Part shown: positions 1-9,700 of the stretch, piece after piece
How the letters are laid out: each line of letters opens with the position of its first letter
How positions within the stretch are numbered: position 1 is the first letter of the stretch
From: an uncultured Victivallales bacterium
GTDB taxonomy: Bacteria; Verrucomicrobiota; Lentisphaeria; Victivallales; UBA1829
Direction of reading: 5' to 3'
DNA: 64,000 nucleotides
NCBI GenBank assembly: GCA_944390795.1
Contig: CALXRI010000006.1
Coordinates: 558 to 64,557, forward strand
Notes under the pieces: generated by a model
What the model was told of the DNA's origin: nothing
Database searches by the model: none
What the model saw: only the letters and a program-made list of their open reading frames with translations
Program-made: the position numbers and the translations under genes

Positions 1-1
1 C

Positions 2-601
2 GCACCGAACGACACGACAAACGCGGATGACATCAACGGATTCACCGAACTTGCCAAGAAACGCCTCTATGAAAAACTCAAGGAGGAATACAAGGACAAC
101 TCCGCCAATATCGCACTGAACGAAGACCTTGAAAAAACCAAGGAGCGTTTGAATAAATATGTGGAATATTCCAAGGCGCTGGAAAACCAGAATCAGCTGA
201 TGAAGCAGCGCCTCCGCGAAATCGCCGATCAGCGGCGCGCGCGGGGAAATGCAGCAAGAACGGACGCGCCTCGGGCCGCCCGACCGTCCTCTTCCGCGGC
301 ACCGGCCTCCGGACAACCCGGCGCAACCGCCTCTCCTGCCGCCAGGAACACGGCGCCCGGCGTCGTCGGGCAGTCCAGTACACAGTCGGGAAACACGGCA
401 TCCGGAACAGCCGGCGCCCGTCTCGGGACCTATACGGTCAAATCCGGCGACACCCTCATCGGAATTTCCAGAAAGATTTACGGGTCCCCCAAATACTACA
501 GACAGATTGCCGAGGCCAATAAAGGCGTGATTCCAGCCAGCATGCAGCTGCGTGTCGGACAGGTCATCAGGATTCCGCAGCTGCCGGCACAATCCCGGTA
601 A
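2..601 (+). CDS. LysM domain protein with coiled-coil N-terminal part and Pro/Ala-rich linker (5' end cut by window edge)
   Basis: The frame of ORF 149..601 stays open back to nt 2. The C-terminal YTVKSGDTLIGISRKIYG...LRVGQVIRIP is a LysM motif. Confidence 0.7.
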   Translation, partial: APNDTTNADDINGFTELAKKRLYEKLKEEYKDNSANIALNEDLEKTKERLNKYVEYSKALENQNQLMKQRLREIADQRRARGNAARTDAPRAARPSSSAAPASGQPGATASPAARNTAPGVVGQSSTQSGNTASGTAGARLGTYTVKSGDTLIGISRKIYGSPKYYRQIAEANKGVIPASMQLRVGQVIRIPQLPAQSR

Positions 602-614
602 CCCCGGAGCGCGC

Positions 615-1226
615 ATGAGACACACAGCGACACAACTGTTCCGGCTGCTTCTTCCCGCCGCGCTTGCCGCGGCGGGCGGGTGCAGCATCTTCCCGACTCC
701 GGACAATACGGAGACGTCATATTATGATCTGAACATTCCGGAGCGCTGCGCGACGGGATGCCGCATTGAAGTCGCGCCGTTCTCCTCCATGACGAATGAG
801 CGTTTCCGCATGGCAAGCCGCGGTGAGGGCAATATCATTCACGGACGGGAATTCCACAAATGGGTGCAGACACCCGGCCCGCTGATCTCAAAGTATCTGC
901 GCCTGGCCTACCGGGATGCCGCGGACACCGCACACTCTTCCGCAGCCGGAAAGGAAGGCCGTTATCATCTCGGCGGCACGGTGCTCGTATTCGAATCCGA
1001 CAGGGGGGAGGCGAAGCTCGGTCTCCGCTACGTGATATCATGGGGAGCCTCCGGCGAGAGGAAACATACGGGCCGGACAGTGCTTGTGACGGAAAAAATC
1101 TCCGATGACACACCCGGCGCTTTTGCCAACGCCATGAGCCGTGCGGCGGCAAAGGTCTCGCAGATGATTCTCGCAGACATCCGCGCCATTGAGAAGACCC
1201 GCGGGAAAGACGTTCCGCAATCATGA
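615..1226 (+). CDS. ABC-type transport auxiliary lipoprotein (PqiC/YmbA-like, DUF330)
   Basis: The internal Met at 615 gives signal peptide MRHTATQLFRLLLPAALAAAGGC with a lipobox Cys. It is followed by the SYYDL motif typical of PqiC-family lipoproteins, and length is about 200 aa. Confidence 0.5.
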   Translation: MRHTATQLFRLLLPAALAAAGGCSIFPTPDNTETSYYDLNIPERCATGCRIEVAPFSSMTNERFRMASRGEGNIIHGREFHKWVQTPGPLISKYLRLAYRDAADTAHSSAAGKEGRYHLGGTVLVFESDRGEAKLGLRYVISWGASGERKHTGRTVLVTEKISDDTPGAFANAMSRAAAKVSQMILADIRAIEKTRGKDVPQS

Positions 1227-2041
1227 TCGACATGTTCTGGAAAGCAGCCCTCCTCGGCATTGTGCAGGGTATTACCGAATTTCTCCCCATCAGCAGTACG
1301 GGGCATCTGATTCTCGTCGATCAGTTTCTGCACATGGCAGACGGTCCGTTCTCCAAGATGTTCAACGTCGTGATCCAGTTCGGCTCGATTCTCGCCGTCG
1401 TGATTTACTTTCACAGGAAACTGATTCCCCTGGCAATGTTTTCCGATTCGAAGGTGCGACGTGACACGCTGGAAATCTGGTTCAAGACGCTTGCCGGCGT
1501 CTTTCCGATTCTGATCGTCGGATTCCTGACCGCCCCGCTGATCGAAAAACTGCAGGAAAGTCCGTTCGTCGTGGCGGGAGCGCTGCTGGCTGGCGGAATC
1601 ATCCTGATCAAGGTGGAGGCATGGTTCCGCAAGGAACACCCGATTGAGACCTTTCATGAGTTGTCATGGACGCGCGCGGTGCTGATCGGCTTCATACAAT
1701 GCGTCGCCATGGTTCCGGGGGTCTCGCGTTCAGCCTCAACGATCATCGGCGGACTGGCTCTCGGCGCGTCGCGCACGCTCGCGGCGGAGTATTCCTTTTT
1801 TCTGGCGATTCCGACCATGACCGCCGCATCCGGATACAGTCTGCTCAAGCACGGAGGCGGCATGAGCGCACAGGAATGGGTGGCGCTCGGAATCGGTTTT
1901 CTGGTCTCTTTTTTCGTCGCGCTGGCGGTCATCGCATGGCTGATGAACTACATCCGCACCCGGGATTTCCGGGGATTCGGCTATTACCGCATCGTTCTCG
2001 GCATTCTCGTTTTCGCATATTTCTGGCTGAAACTTTCCTGA
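1223..2041 (+). CDS. uppP: undecaprenyl-diphosphate phosphatase
   Basis: The N-terminal GITEFLPISSTGHL motif and polytopic membrane profile (272 aa) fit UppP. ATGA overlap with the upstream gene. Confidence 0.9.
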   Translation: MIDMFWKAALLGIVQGITEFLPISSTGHLILVDQFLHMADGPFSKMFNVVIQFGSILAVVIYFHRKLIPLAMFSDSKVRRDTLEIWFKTLAGVFPILIVGFLTAPLIEKLQESPFVVAGALLAGGIILIKVEAWFRKEHPIETFHELSWTRAVLIGFIQCVAMVPGVSRSASTIIGGLALGASRTLAAEYSFFLAIPTMTAASGYSLLKHGGGMSAQEWVALGIGFLVSFFVALAVIAWLMNYIRTRDFRGFGYYRIVLGILVFAYFWLKLS

Positions 2042-2103
2042 TTCCGCGTGTTGCCGCCAAACCGCAGCAAGGTTTCCCATTGTCCTTGCGGGGCACAAAA
2101 AAA

Positions 2104-2128
2104 AGCCGGAATCCGGCAATATCCGGCT
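2104..2128. terminator. hairpin downstream of uppP (weak terminator candidate)
   Basis: AGCCGGA(2104-2110)/TCCGGCT(2122-2128) form a 7-bp stem. The A-run lies upstream and only a weak T tract follows, so function on the + strand is uncertain. Confidence 0.25.
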
Positions 2129-2223
2129 TGCGATTTATCAAAAAACGGATATATTGCATAACATTGTACTGCGGATGTTTGTCATAAAAATTTTGAATTG
2201 CATGGGATGCGGGAAGAGTTAAG

Positions 2224-3033
2224 ATGAAGTACGCAATCTTGAGTGACATTCATGGAAACCTGGAGGCTTTTACAGTCGTTCTGCGGAAATGCGCCCAGCT
2301 TGAGGTGGATCAATACGTCTGTCTGGGGGATATTGTCGGCTACAATGCCAATCCGAAGGAATGCCTGGATCTCATAAGGACACTGCCTCTGGCAGGTGTT
2401 GTCAAGGGAAATCACGACGAATACGCCTCCAACAACGATGAAGTCATGGAGGGATTCAACCCGCACGCCCGGACGGCGGTGCTCTGGACAAAGGCGCAGC
2501 TGACCTACGAAGACAGGGCATGGCTCTCCTCCCTGCCGATGCGTCTGACTGTCAAAGGCACATCCATCACCGCCGTGCATGCCACGCTGGACAGTCCCGA
2601 CGCCTGGGGATACATTTTCGACGTCCATCACGCGGCGGACAATTTCGCCTACCAGTTCACGCAGGTCTGCTTCTGCGGGCACTCTCATGTTCCCGTCGGA
2701 TTCTGCAAGAAACCGATCACTCTTCATTCCGAACGCCAGATCGATGAAATCAAGGAGTGGGTCGCCCGCCCCGAGGACGGAGCGGTCATCAATCCGTATG
2801 AAGCCGACTCCATAGGACTGGAACTGATCACCGGCTATAAATATCTCCTGAATGTCGGCAGCATCGGACAGCCGCGCAACAAGGATCCGCGCGCATCTTT
2901 CGCAGTTTACGATTCGGAAGAAAAACGGGTTACGCGCTACCGTCTGCCATATGACATCCGGACCACACAGGAAAAGATTCTCGCGGCACAGTTGCCGGAA
3001 AGGCTTGCCTCGCGCCTTGAACGCGGGAGCTGA
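2224..3033 (+). CDS. metallophosphoesterase family protein (calcineurin-like)
   Basis: Carries the SDIHGN, LGDIVGY and GNHDE metal-binding motifs in canonical order. Confidence 0.8.
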   Translation: MKYAILSDIHGNLEAFTVVLRKCAQLEVDQYVCLGDIVGYNANPKECLDLIRTLPLAGVVKGNHDEYASNNDEVMEGFNPHARTAVLWTKAQLTYEDRAWLSSLPMRLTVKGTSITAVHATLDSPDAWGYIFDVHHAADNFAYQFTQVCFCGHSHVPVGFCKKPITLHSERQIDEIKEWVARPEDGAVINPYEADSIGLELITGYKYLLNVGSIGQPRNKDPRASFAVYDSEEKRVTRYRLPYDIRTTQEKILAAQLPERLASRLERGS

Positions 3034-3036
3034 CCG

Positions 3037-4107
3037 GTGCATGACCAGAAGAACAAAAGATTTCTGATCGTCAAACCCAGCAGTCTGGGGGATATTCTTC
3101 ACGCCTTTCCTGCGGTCGCGGCGCTGCGCAGGGCCTATCCGGACGCGGTTCTGGACTGGGTGGTCAATCCGGCATTCGAGGGACTGCTCGAGTATATGCC
3201 CGGAATCGACCGCAGAATTCCTTTCCGCCGCAGGGAGCTGGGAAAAGTGAAGACTTTTTTTCCCGCTTTTTTCTCGCTTTGGAAAGAAATCCGGAAAAGA
3301 CGTTATGATGCGGTCATCGACCTTCAGGGACTGATGCGGAGCGCATTGACGGCGCGTCTGGCGGCGGCACGGGAGTACTACGGACCGGCATCCGGAAAGG
3401 AAAAACTGGCGAGGCTCTGCTACACGAAAAAACTTTCCTGGGCAAAGGATGTCCTTCATGCAGTGGAGCGCAACTGCGCCATGATCCGCGGAATTCCGGG
3501 AGTGGAAGACGCAAATCCGGATTTCGAACTTCCCGTTCTGCCGGCAAAAAAGGAAAATGCGGAAAAGCTGCTGAAAGAAGCGGGCTTTGCGGAAAAACCG
3601 GAAAAACTGCTGATTGCTGTCGCTCCCGGCGCGAGATGGGAGACGAAACAGTGGCCTCCGGAGTTTTTTGCCGGGGTCATGCGCGGAATCGCCGCACAAT
3701 GCGCTGACGCCGTATTTCTGCTGCTCGGCTCCGCGGCGGAAAAGGAAGCGGCGGAAAAATTGAAGGAAGCGGCGGGCAACGGCATTGCCGTGCTGGATCT
3801 CTGCGGGAAAACGGATCTCGGCGAACTCATTGAGCTGATCCGGATGGCGGACCTCCTTCTCTGCAATGACAGCGGGCCGATGCACATCGCGGCCGCGGCG
3901 GAAACGGCGGTGCTGGCTCTGTTCGGACCGACATATCCGGAACTGACCGGGCCCTACTGCAAAAGGAAAAAGGTTTTTCAGCCGAAGCTGGATTGCATCA
4001 AATGTTTCAGAAAGTCGTGTCCGGACACATTGTGTCATCGTTCCATATCAGCCGGAGAAGTTGTCAATTCCGCCCTGGAGTTGACGGGAAGGAGTAAGAA
4101 GCCATGA
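3037..4107 (+). CDS. glycosyltransferase family 9 (ADP-heptose:LPS heptosyltransferase-like)
   Basis: The N-terminal FLIVKPSSLGDILHAFPA and C-terminal LLLCNDSGPMHIAAA motifs are typical of GT9. GTG start at 3037. Confidence 0.75.
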   Translation: MHDQKNKRFLIVKPSSLGDILHAFPAVAALRRAYPDAVLDWVVNPAFEGLLEYMPGIDRRIPFRRRELGKVKTFFPAFFSLWKEIRKRRYDAVIDLQGLMRSALTARLAAAREYYGPASGKEKLARLCYTKKLSWAKDVLHAVERNCAMIRGIPGVEDANPDFELPVLPAKKENAEKLLKEAGFAEKPEKLLIAVAPGARWETKQWPPEFFAGVMRGIAAQCADAVFLLLGSAAEKEAAEKLKEAAGNGIAVLDLCGKTDLGELIELIRMADLLLCNDSGPMHIAAAAETAVLALFGPTYPELTGPYCKRKKVFQPKLDCIKCFRKSCPDTLCHRSISAGEVVNSALELTGRSKKP

Positions 4108-5081
4108 GATTGTTTCCAATGAACGCAGCAGCCGCAGCTCTTCTGCCGGCAGTGTTTTTCCTGTTTTCCTTCGAGGCTTCCGCCCAGGTGGCGCTGAGTG
4201 TGGAAATCTCCCAGCTGAACTATCTTCAGTATGAACCGGTCTATCTGCGGGTGTCCATGCGCAATGTCAGCGGGCATCCGCTCGCTTTCGGAGAAAACGA
4301 GGGTCTGCGGGGACGCCTGCGCTTCGAGATCAACGCGCCGGGACGAAATCAGTATGCGTCCCGCCTGGGAAGCGAATATCCGACCATGCGCGGCGTCATT
4401 CTCCAGCCGGGAGCCGCGCGCACATTCACGTTCAACGTTTCCAATTACTACAATCTCAAACAGCTCGGTCACTATTCCATCCGCGCCATCCTCTCCCACC
4501 CGCAGCTGAAGGCGGAATACGGCTCCAATCAGACCCATTTTTCCGTGGTCAAAGGTCTGACGCTCTGGGAGTCCTCAGTCGGAATTCCGAAAATCGGCAC
4601 GGCAAGCAGGAACAATAAAAATGAAACGATTGAGACGCGGAAATACAGCATTCTGACTTATAATGCCGGACGCGCTTTTTTCCACGCGCTGATGATCGAG
4701 GACGAGGAACGGGTTTACCTGGTAAGGAAAATCGCACTGGATCTCGGGCGGAACCTTGCGCCCCGGTGCGCCATTGACGACCTGAGCAGACTCAACATCA
4801 TTGCGGCGGCAAGTCCGAAAGTCTACATCTATTATCAGTTTGACACCAATGGAAAGCTGGAAAAGCGCGATGTCAGGATCAAGACGGACACCACACCGCG
4901 CCTGGTCGTCAACAGGGAACTGGGCACCGTGATCGTCGACGGAGGCCGCGCGGCGCGTCGCGATCTGGATTACGAGGAAATCAAGGACCTGCCCTTCATC
5001 CGCACCGCGATGGAGGAAAATGTCAAGGACATCACGGAAGGCAAAAGCATTCTGGATCAGGCGGAGGAGGAGAATGAGTAA
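4104..5081 (+). CDS. hypothetical secreted protein
   Basis: 325-aa ORF with an N-terminal signal-like segment (AAAALLPAVFFLFSFEASAQ). ATGA overlap with the upstream gene and an 8-nt overlap (ATGAGTAA) with mtnA. No recognisable motif. Confidence 0.6.
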   Translation: MRLFPMNAAAAALLPAVFFLFSFEASAQVALSVEISQLNYLQYEPVYLRVSMRNVSGHPLAFGENEGLRGRLRFEINAPGRNQYASRLGSEYPTMRGVILQPGAARTFTFNVSNYYNLKQLGHYSIRAILSHPQLKAEYGSNQTHFSVVKGLTLWESSVGIPKIGTASRNNKNETIETRKYSILTYNAGRAFFHALMIEDEERVYLVRKIALDLGRNLAPRCAIDDLSRLNIIAAASPKVYIYYQFDTNGKLEKRDVRIKTDTTPRLVVNRELGTVIVDGGRAARRDLDYEEIKDLPFIRTAMEENVKDITEGKSILDQAEEENE

Positions 5082-6162
5082 CATCATCGACACCGTCTCC
5101 TGGCTTGCTCCGGACGGCTCCGTCCACTTTCAATGGACGGAGCAGACACTTCCCGCGGGAGGCAAACTCAGGATCATCGATCAGCGCAGGCTTCCGGAAA
5201 AACTTGCCTACCTGGACATCGACTCCGTTGCGGATGCCTGCGAGGCGATTCAGACGCTTGCCGTGCGCGGTGCGCCCGCAATCGGCTGTGCCGCGGCGCT
5301 CGCACTTGCGGCAGCCGGCGGGAAAATCGAAACGGAAAATACGGAAGAGTTTCTCCGGCGGATGCGGAAAAATTCCGGACAGCTCAGGGCTTCGCGCCCG
5401 ACCGCGGTGAATCTCTCCTGGGCGCTGGACCGCTGCATGGACCGTCTGGAGAAAAGTCCGCATCTCCCGGTTCAGGAGCTGAAAAAAGAGCTTTTGAAAG
5501 AGGCGCTCGGAATTCTGGAAGAGGACATTGCGCTCTGTGACCGGATCGGCGAAAACGGCGCCGCCCTGCTCCGGGACGGCATGGGAATTCTCACTCACTG
5601 CAACGCGGGCGCTCTGGCCGCCGGCGGATGCGGCACAGCCCTCGCCCCGGTTTATGCCGCGATGCGGAAGGGCATGCGGATCAAGGTCTATGCGGACGAA
5701 ACACGACCGCTGCTTCAGGGATCGCGTCTGACGGCATGGGAACTTCAGCGCGCGGGCGCGGATGTGACGGTTCTTTGCGACAACATGGCGGCGCAGCTCA
5801 TGCGGGAAGGCCGGATCCAGGCCGTCATCGTCGGCGCGGACCGGATCGCGGCAAACGGAGATACCGCCAATAAAATCGGAACCTACGGAACGGCGCTTCT
5901 GGCGTATTGCCATCATATCCCGTTCTATGTGGCGGCCCCCTATTCCACGTTCGACCTGAGCCTGAAGGACGGTTCTGAAATTCCGATTGAGCAGCGCGAT
6001 CCGCACGAGGTCACGGAGTTTTCCGGGAAACGGATCGCGCCGACAGGCGTGAAAGTCTGCAATCCCGCCTTCGATGTCACGCCGCAGGAGCTGATCCGCG
6101 CGTTCATCACAGACCGCGGCATCATCCGCCCGCCTTTCACAAATGCGGAAAACAGAATCTGA
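5074..6162 (+). CDS. mtnA: S-methyl-5-thioribose-1-phosphate isomerase (eIF-2B alpha/beta/delta family)
   Basis: LRIIDQRRLPEK...AIQTLAVRGAPAIGCAAA and ADRIAANGDTANKIGTY motifs. ATG at 5074 is preceded by GGAGGAGG. Confidence 0.85.
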   Translation: MSNIIDTVSWLAPDGSVHFQWTEQTLPAGGKLRIIDQRRLPEKLAYLDIDSVADACEAIQTLAVRGAPAIGCAAALALAAAGGKIETENTEEFLRRMRKNSGQLRASRPTAVNLSWALDRCMDRLEKSPHLPVQELKKELLKEALGILEEDIALCDRIGENGAALLRDGMGILTHCNAGALAAGGCGTALAPVYAAMRKGMRIKVYADETRPLLQGSRLTAWELQRAGADVTVLCDNMAAQLMREGRIQAVIVGADRIAANGDTANKIGTYGTALLAYCHHIPFYVAAPYSTFDLSLKDGSEIPIEQRDPHEVTEFSGKRIAPTGVKVCNPAFDVTPQELIRAFITDRGIIRPPFTNAENRI

Positions 6163-6197
6163 TTGTCAATCAACATATTAAAAAGAGAGGTCCAGCG

Positions 6198-6725
6198 ATG
6201 AAACATTTTCTTCCGGCAGCCGTAATTTTCCTGATCGCGGCGAGTGTCTGCGCGCAAAGCCGCACCACGTTCAAAAACACCCAGGAGGCGGTCCGTTATT
6301 ATGAGGAACTCGTCGGCTCGCTGATCCAGCAGGTCAAACTCATGCAGGATGACAATGCCACGCTTCAGGCAGGCGTGATCGACCTTAAAAAGCAGGTTTC
6401 ACTTCTGAACGCGAAAGTGCAGAATACGGACCGGGAGCTGGAAGCCTTGAAGAAACAGGTCGCGGCCGACGCGGAAACACGCAAGGCGCAGCTCCGGAAT
6501 CTGGCGGACAAGCTTGCGGCTCCCCCCCCAGTGCGGAGAGCACAGCAGCAGGAGCAGGACCCCATGCAGGGCGAATTCATCGAACATACGGTGGAACCCG
6601 GAACGACGCTCTCGGCTCTCTCCAAGGCGTATGGCGTCACGATTTCCGACATCAAGCGTGCAAACGGGCTTTCCAGCGACAACATCCGGGTGGGGCAGAA
6701 ACTCCTGATCCCGGTCAAACGCTGA
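6198..6725 (+). CDS. secreted coiled-coil LysM domain protein
   Basis: Signal peptide, heptad-like middle region, then C-terminal LysM (HTVEPGTTLSALSKAYGVTISDIKRANGL...VGQKLLIP). Confidence 0.75.
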   Translation: MKHFLPAAVIFLIAASVCAQSRTTFKNTQEAVRYYEELVGSLIQQVKLMQDDNATLQAGVIDLKKQVSLLNAKVQNTDRELEALKKQVAADAETRKAQLRNLADKLAAPPPVRRAQQQEQDPMQGEFIEHTVEPGTTLSALSKAYGVTISDIKRANGLSSDNIRVGQKLLIPVKR

Positions 6726-6743
6726 GCCGCCGGAACGCGCTCC

Positions 6744-9700
6744 ATGCATCAAAACGCAAGTTTCCGGCGCAGGATCACGCCGCTCCTGCTCTCGCAGTTT
6801 TTCGGCGTATTCAACGACAACGCATACAAGATGTTCGTCGTCCTCGCCGTATTCGGCGCAGAAGTCGATTATTTCCGGAACTCCGCATTCCTGTTTGTAC
6901 TGACAGCGGCCTATGTGCTTCCGTTCCTCCTGCTCGGCGGCCCGGCCGGAAGCGTTTCGGACGCTATCCCCAAACGCAGCATTCTGATTCTGGCAAAAAT
7001 TGCGGAGTTCGCGGTCATGCTGCTCGGCACACTGTGTTTCGCAAACACGGATGAATGGGGAATCCTGCCGCTGCTGGGAGTCATGTTCCTGATGACCGCG
7101 CAGTCCGCCTTCTTCAGTCCGGCATTCAACGGGATTCTGCCGGAAACGTTTCCCGAGCAGGAGCTTTCAAAAGCAAACGGCTACGTCGGAATGGTCACCT
7201 TTCTCGCGGCCATCATCGGCGCTGGCAGCGCACCGCTGCTCTGGACGCTCTTTGAAAAGGATCTGACGGTCTGCGGAGAGATGATGTGTCTCTTTTCCAT
7301 TCTGGGATTTCTCATTTCGCTTTCGGTTCTTCCCGTTCCCCCGCAAGGGCAGAAGTCCCGGCCGGGGCTTTTTGCAGGTCTCCGCACCGGATGGGCGGCG
7401 ATCACGGAAGAGCGCGGCATTTTCCTTTCCGCGCTCGGCGACACTTTTTTCGTCTCCATCGGCGTAGCAATCCAGACGCTTATCATCATCTTTGCGAAAT
7501 TCACGCTGCGCTCCACGCCGATGGAACTGAGCGCACTTCTGCTCTCCCCCGCCATCGGAATGGGCGCCGGATGCGCGCTGGCCGGCCTTCTCTCCGGAAA
7601 GCGCATTGAACTGGGGCTGGTGCCGTTCGGCGGACTGGGAATTGCACTGTTTCTGCCGCTCGCCGGATATTTTCCGGGTTCCGCCGTTCCACTCATCGAA
7701 AAGATCGGGCTGATTGTCCATCCGTCCGCTCTGCTGTATCTGTTTCTCGCGGGAATTGCGGGCGGTCTTTTCATCATCCCCTTCCGAGCCTATTTCCAGC
7801 AGAGGGTCTCCCCGGAATCGCGCGGCGCGGCGCTTGCATTCGGAAACATTCTCACGTTCGGCGGCGTGCTGGCGGCCAGCGCGGTCGTATTTCTCCTGAT
7901 CGCAGGCTCGGCGGCGGACGTTTCAGGACTGCCGGAACAAGTGGAGACCATTGTCCGGCACATGCCGTCCTTTTCACCGCCGGCGCTCTTTCTCGCCGTT
8001 TCGCTGATGACCCTCGCCTTTGTCATCGCCGTCATGCGCCTCCTGGCGGACTTTCCTGTGCGAAGCGTCATTTTCCTGCTGACGCACACGCTCTATCATC
8101 TGAAGTCGTCCGGAGAAGAAGAGATTCCGGCACGGGGTCCCGCGCTGCTGGTGTCCAACCATGCCTCCTTCGTGGACGGACTCCTCATCAGCGCCTGCAC
8201 GTCGCGGCGCATCCGTTTCCTGATGCACGAGGATTATTACCGTCTTCCGCTGCTGTATCCCTTCGCACGTTTCGCCGGGTTCATCGAGGTGCCGCGCGGA
8301 AACCGCATCAAACGGATGCGCGACATGATCGAAACCGTGAAAAACGCATTGCGGGACGGTGAAATCATCTGCGTCTTTCCGGAAGGAGGAATTACGCGCA
8401 ACGGCATCATGGATGAATTCCGGGGCGGATTCCGCGCCATGCTGCCCGAGGACGTTTCCGTCCCCCTCATTCCGGTCCGGATCGGGATGGTCTGGGGAAG
8501 CATTTTCAGCTATTACTACGGGAAACTCAAATTCCGATTCCCGAAGGAAATTCCGTATCCGGTCACGGTTTCCTTCGGGCGCCCCCTCTCCCACACGATC
8601 AGCGCGTATGAGCTGCGCCAGCGCATCTCCGAGCTTGCGGCGGAAACGGACATGACGCCGCGCGATTCGGAACGCCCGCTCCACTATCAGATTGCGAAAC
8701 AGGCCAAGCGAACCCCCTTCCGCATTCTGACCTGCGACTACGGAGAAACATCCACCAACGCGTTCCAGTTCTATGTGCGCGCGGCGATTCTCAGCCGGAA
8801 AATCCGCGCCATGGTCGCCCCGGAATGCGAATATGTCGGCGTGATGATGCCGAACTGCACGGCGGCCTCGCTTGCGACAGTCGGAATCCTGATGGCGGAC
8901 AAGGTCCCCGCGGTGCTGAATTTCACAGCGTCGCGCGAAGCCTTGCGCAGTGCGGTTTCGAAAGCCTCGCTCACACACATTCTCACCAGCCGGAAGTTTC
9001 TGGCAAAACTCAAAATGGAACCGATGCGGGAAATGGTCTTCCTGGAAGATATCGCCGCCGGCGTCACACGCCGGGAGAAAACCGGCATGGCGCTTGCCGC
9101 CGCACTGCTGCCGCATCAGGAGTTCATGAAACTGCTTTCGCCCGTCAGCCATCGCGATGTCATGCGCACGGCGGCCGTGCTGTTTTCCAGCGGGTCCACG
9201 GGCGTGCCGAAAGGCGTCATGCTTTCCCACCACAATTTCAACAGCGACATCCATTCCTTTCTGAAGGTCATGAGCTGGTCGGACGGAGACTCCATTCTGG
9301 GCAGCCTGCCGATGTTCCATGCGTTCGGACTGAACACCTGTTTCTGGCTGCCCCTGATGATCGGCTGCAAGGTGGTCTACGTCACCAGTCCTCTCGACAG
9401 CGAGGCGGTCGGAAAAGCTGTGGAAGAGCACAGACTGACCATTCTGCTCGCGACACCGACCTTCATGCAGACCTACATGCGCAAATGCCGCCCGGAGCAG
9501 TTCCGTTCGCTGCGCCTGGCAATTGCGGGAGCGGAAAAACTGCGCACGGACATCTCGGCGAAATTTGAAAATCTCTCCGGAGGCGAACGCGTGCTGATCG
9601 AAGGCTACGGCTGCACGGAACTCTCCCCGATCGTCGCGATCAATATCGGCTCCTCGGTGCTGAATCTGGGACGGCAGTATGGGAAAAAAGGCAGCATCGG

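Noticed and set aside
2182-4038. 618-aa ORF antisense to the metallophosphoesterase and heptosyltransferase genes. Similar long antisense ORFs occur at 7974..9962, 16945..18582, 25446..27122, 29405..31645, 36652..38067, 39516..41546, 43807..45225, 50983..52128 and 59980..61665.
   Set aside because: These are shadow ORFs typical of ~60% GC genomes. The translations are Arg/Gly/Pro/His-rich and low-complexity, with no motifs or RBS. Each lies opposite a gene with unambiguous conserved motifs, and several span two opposite-strand genes.
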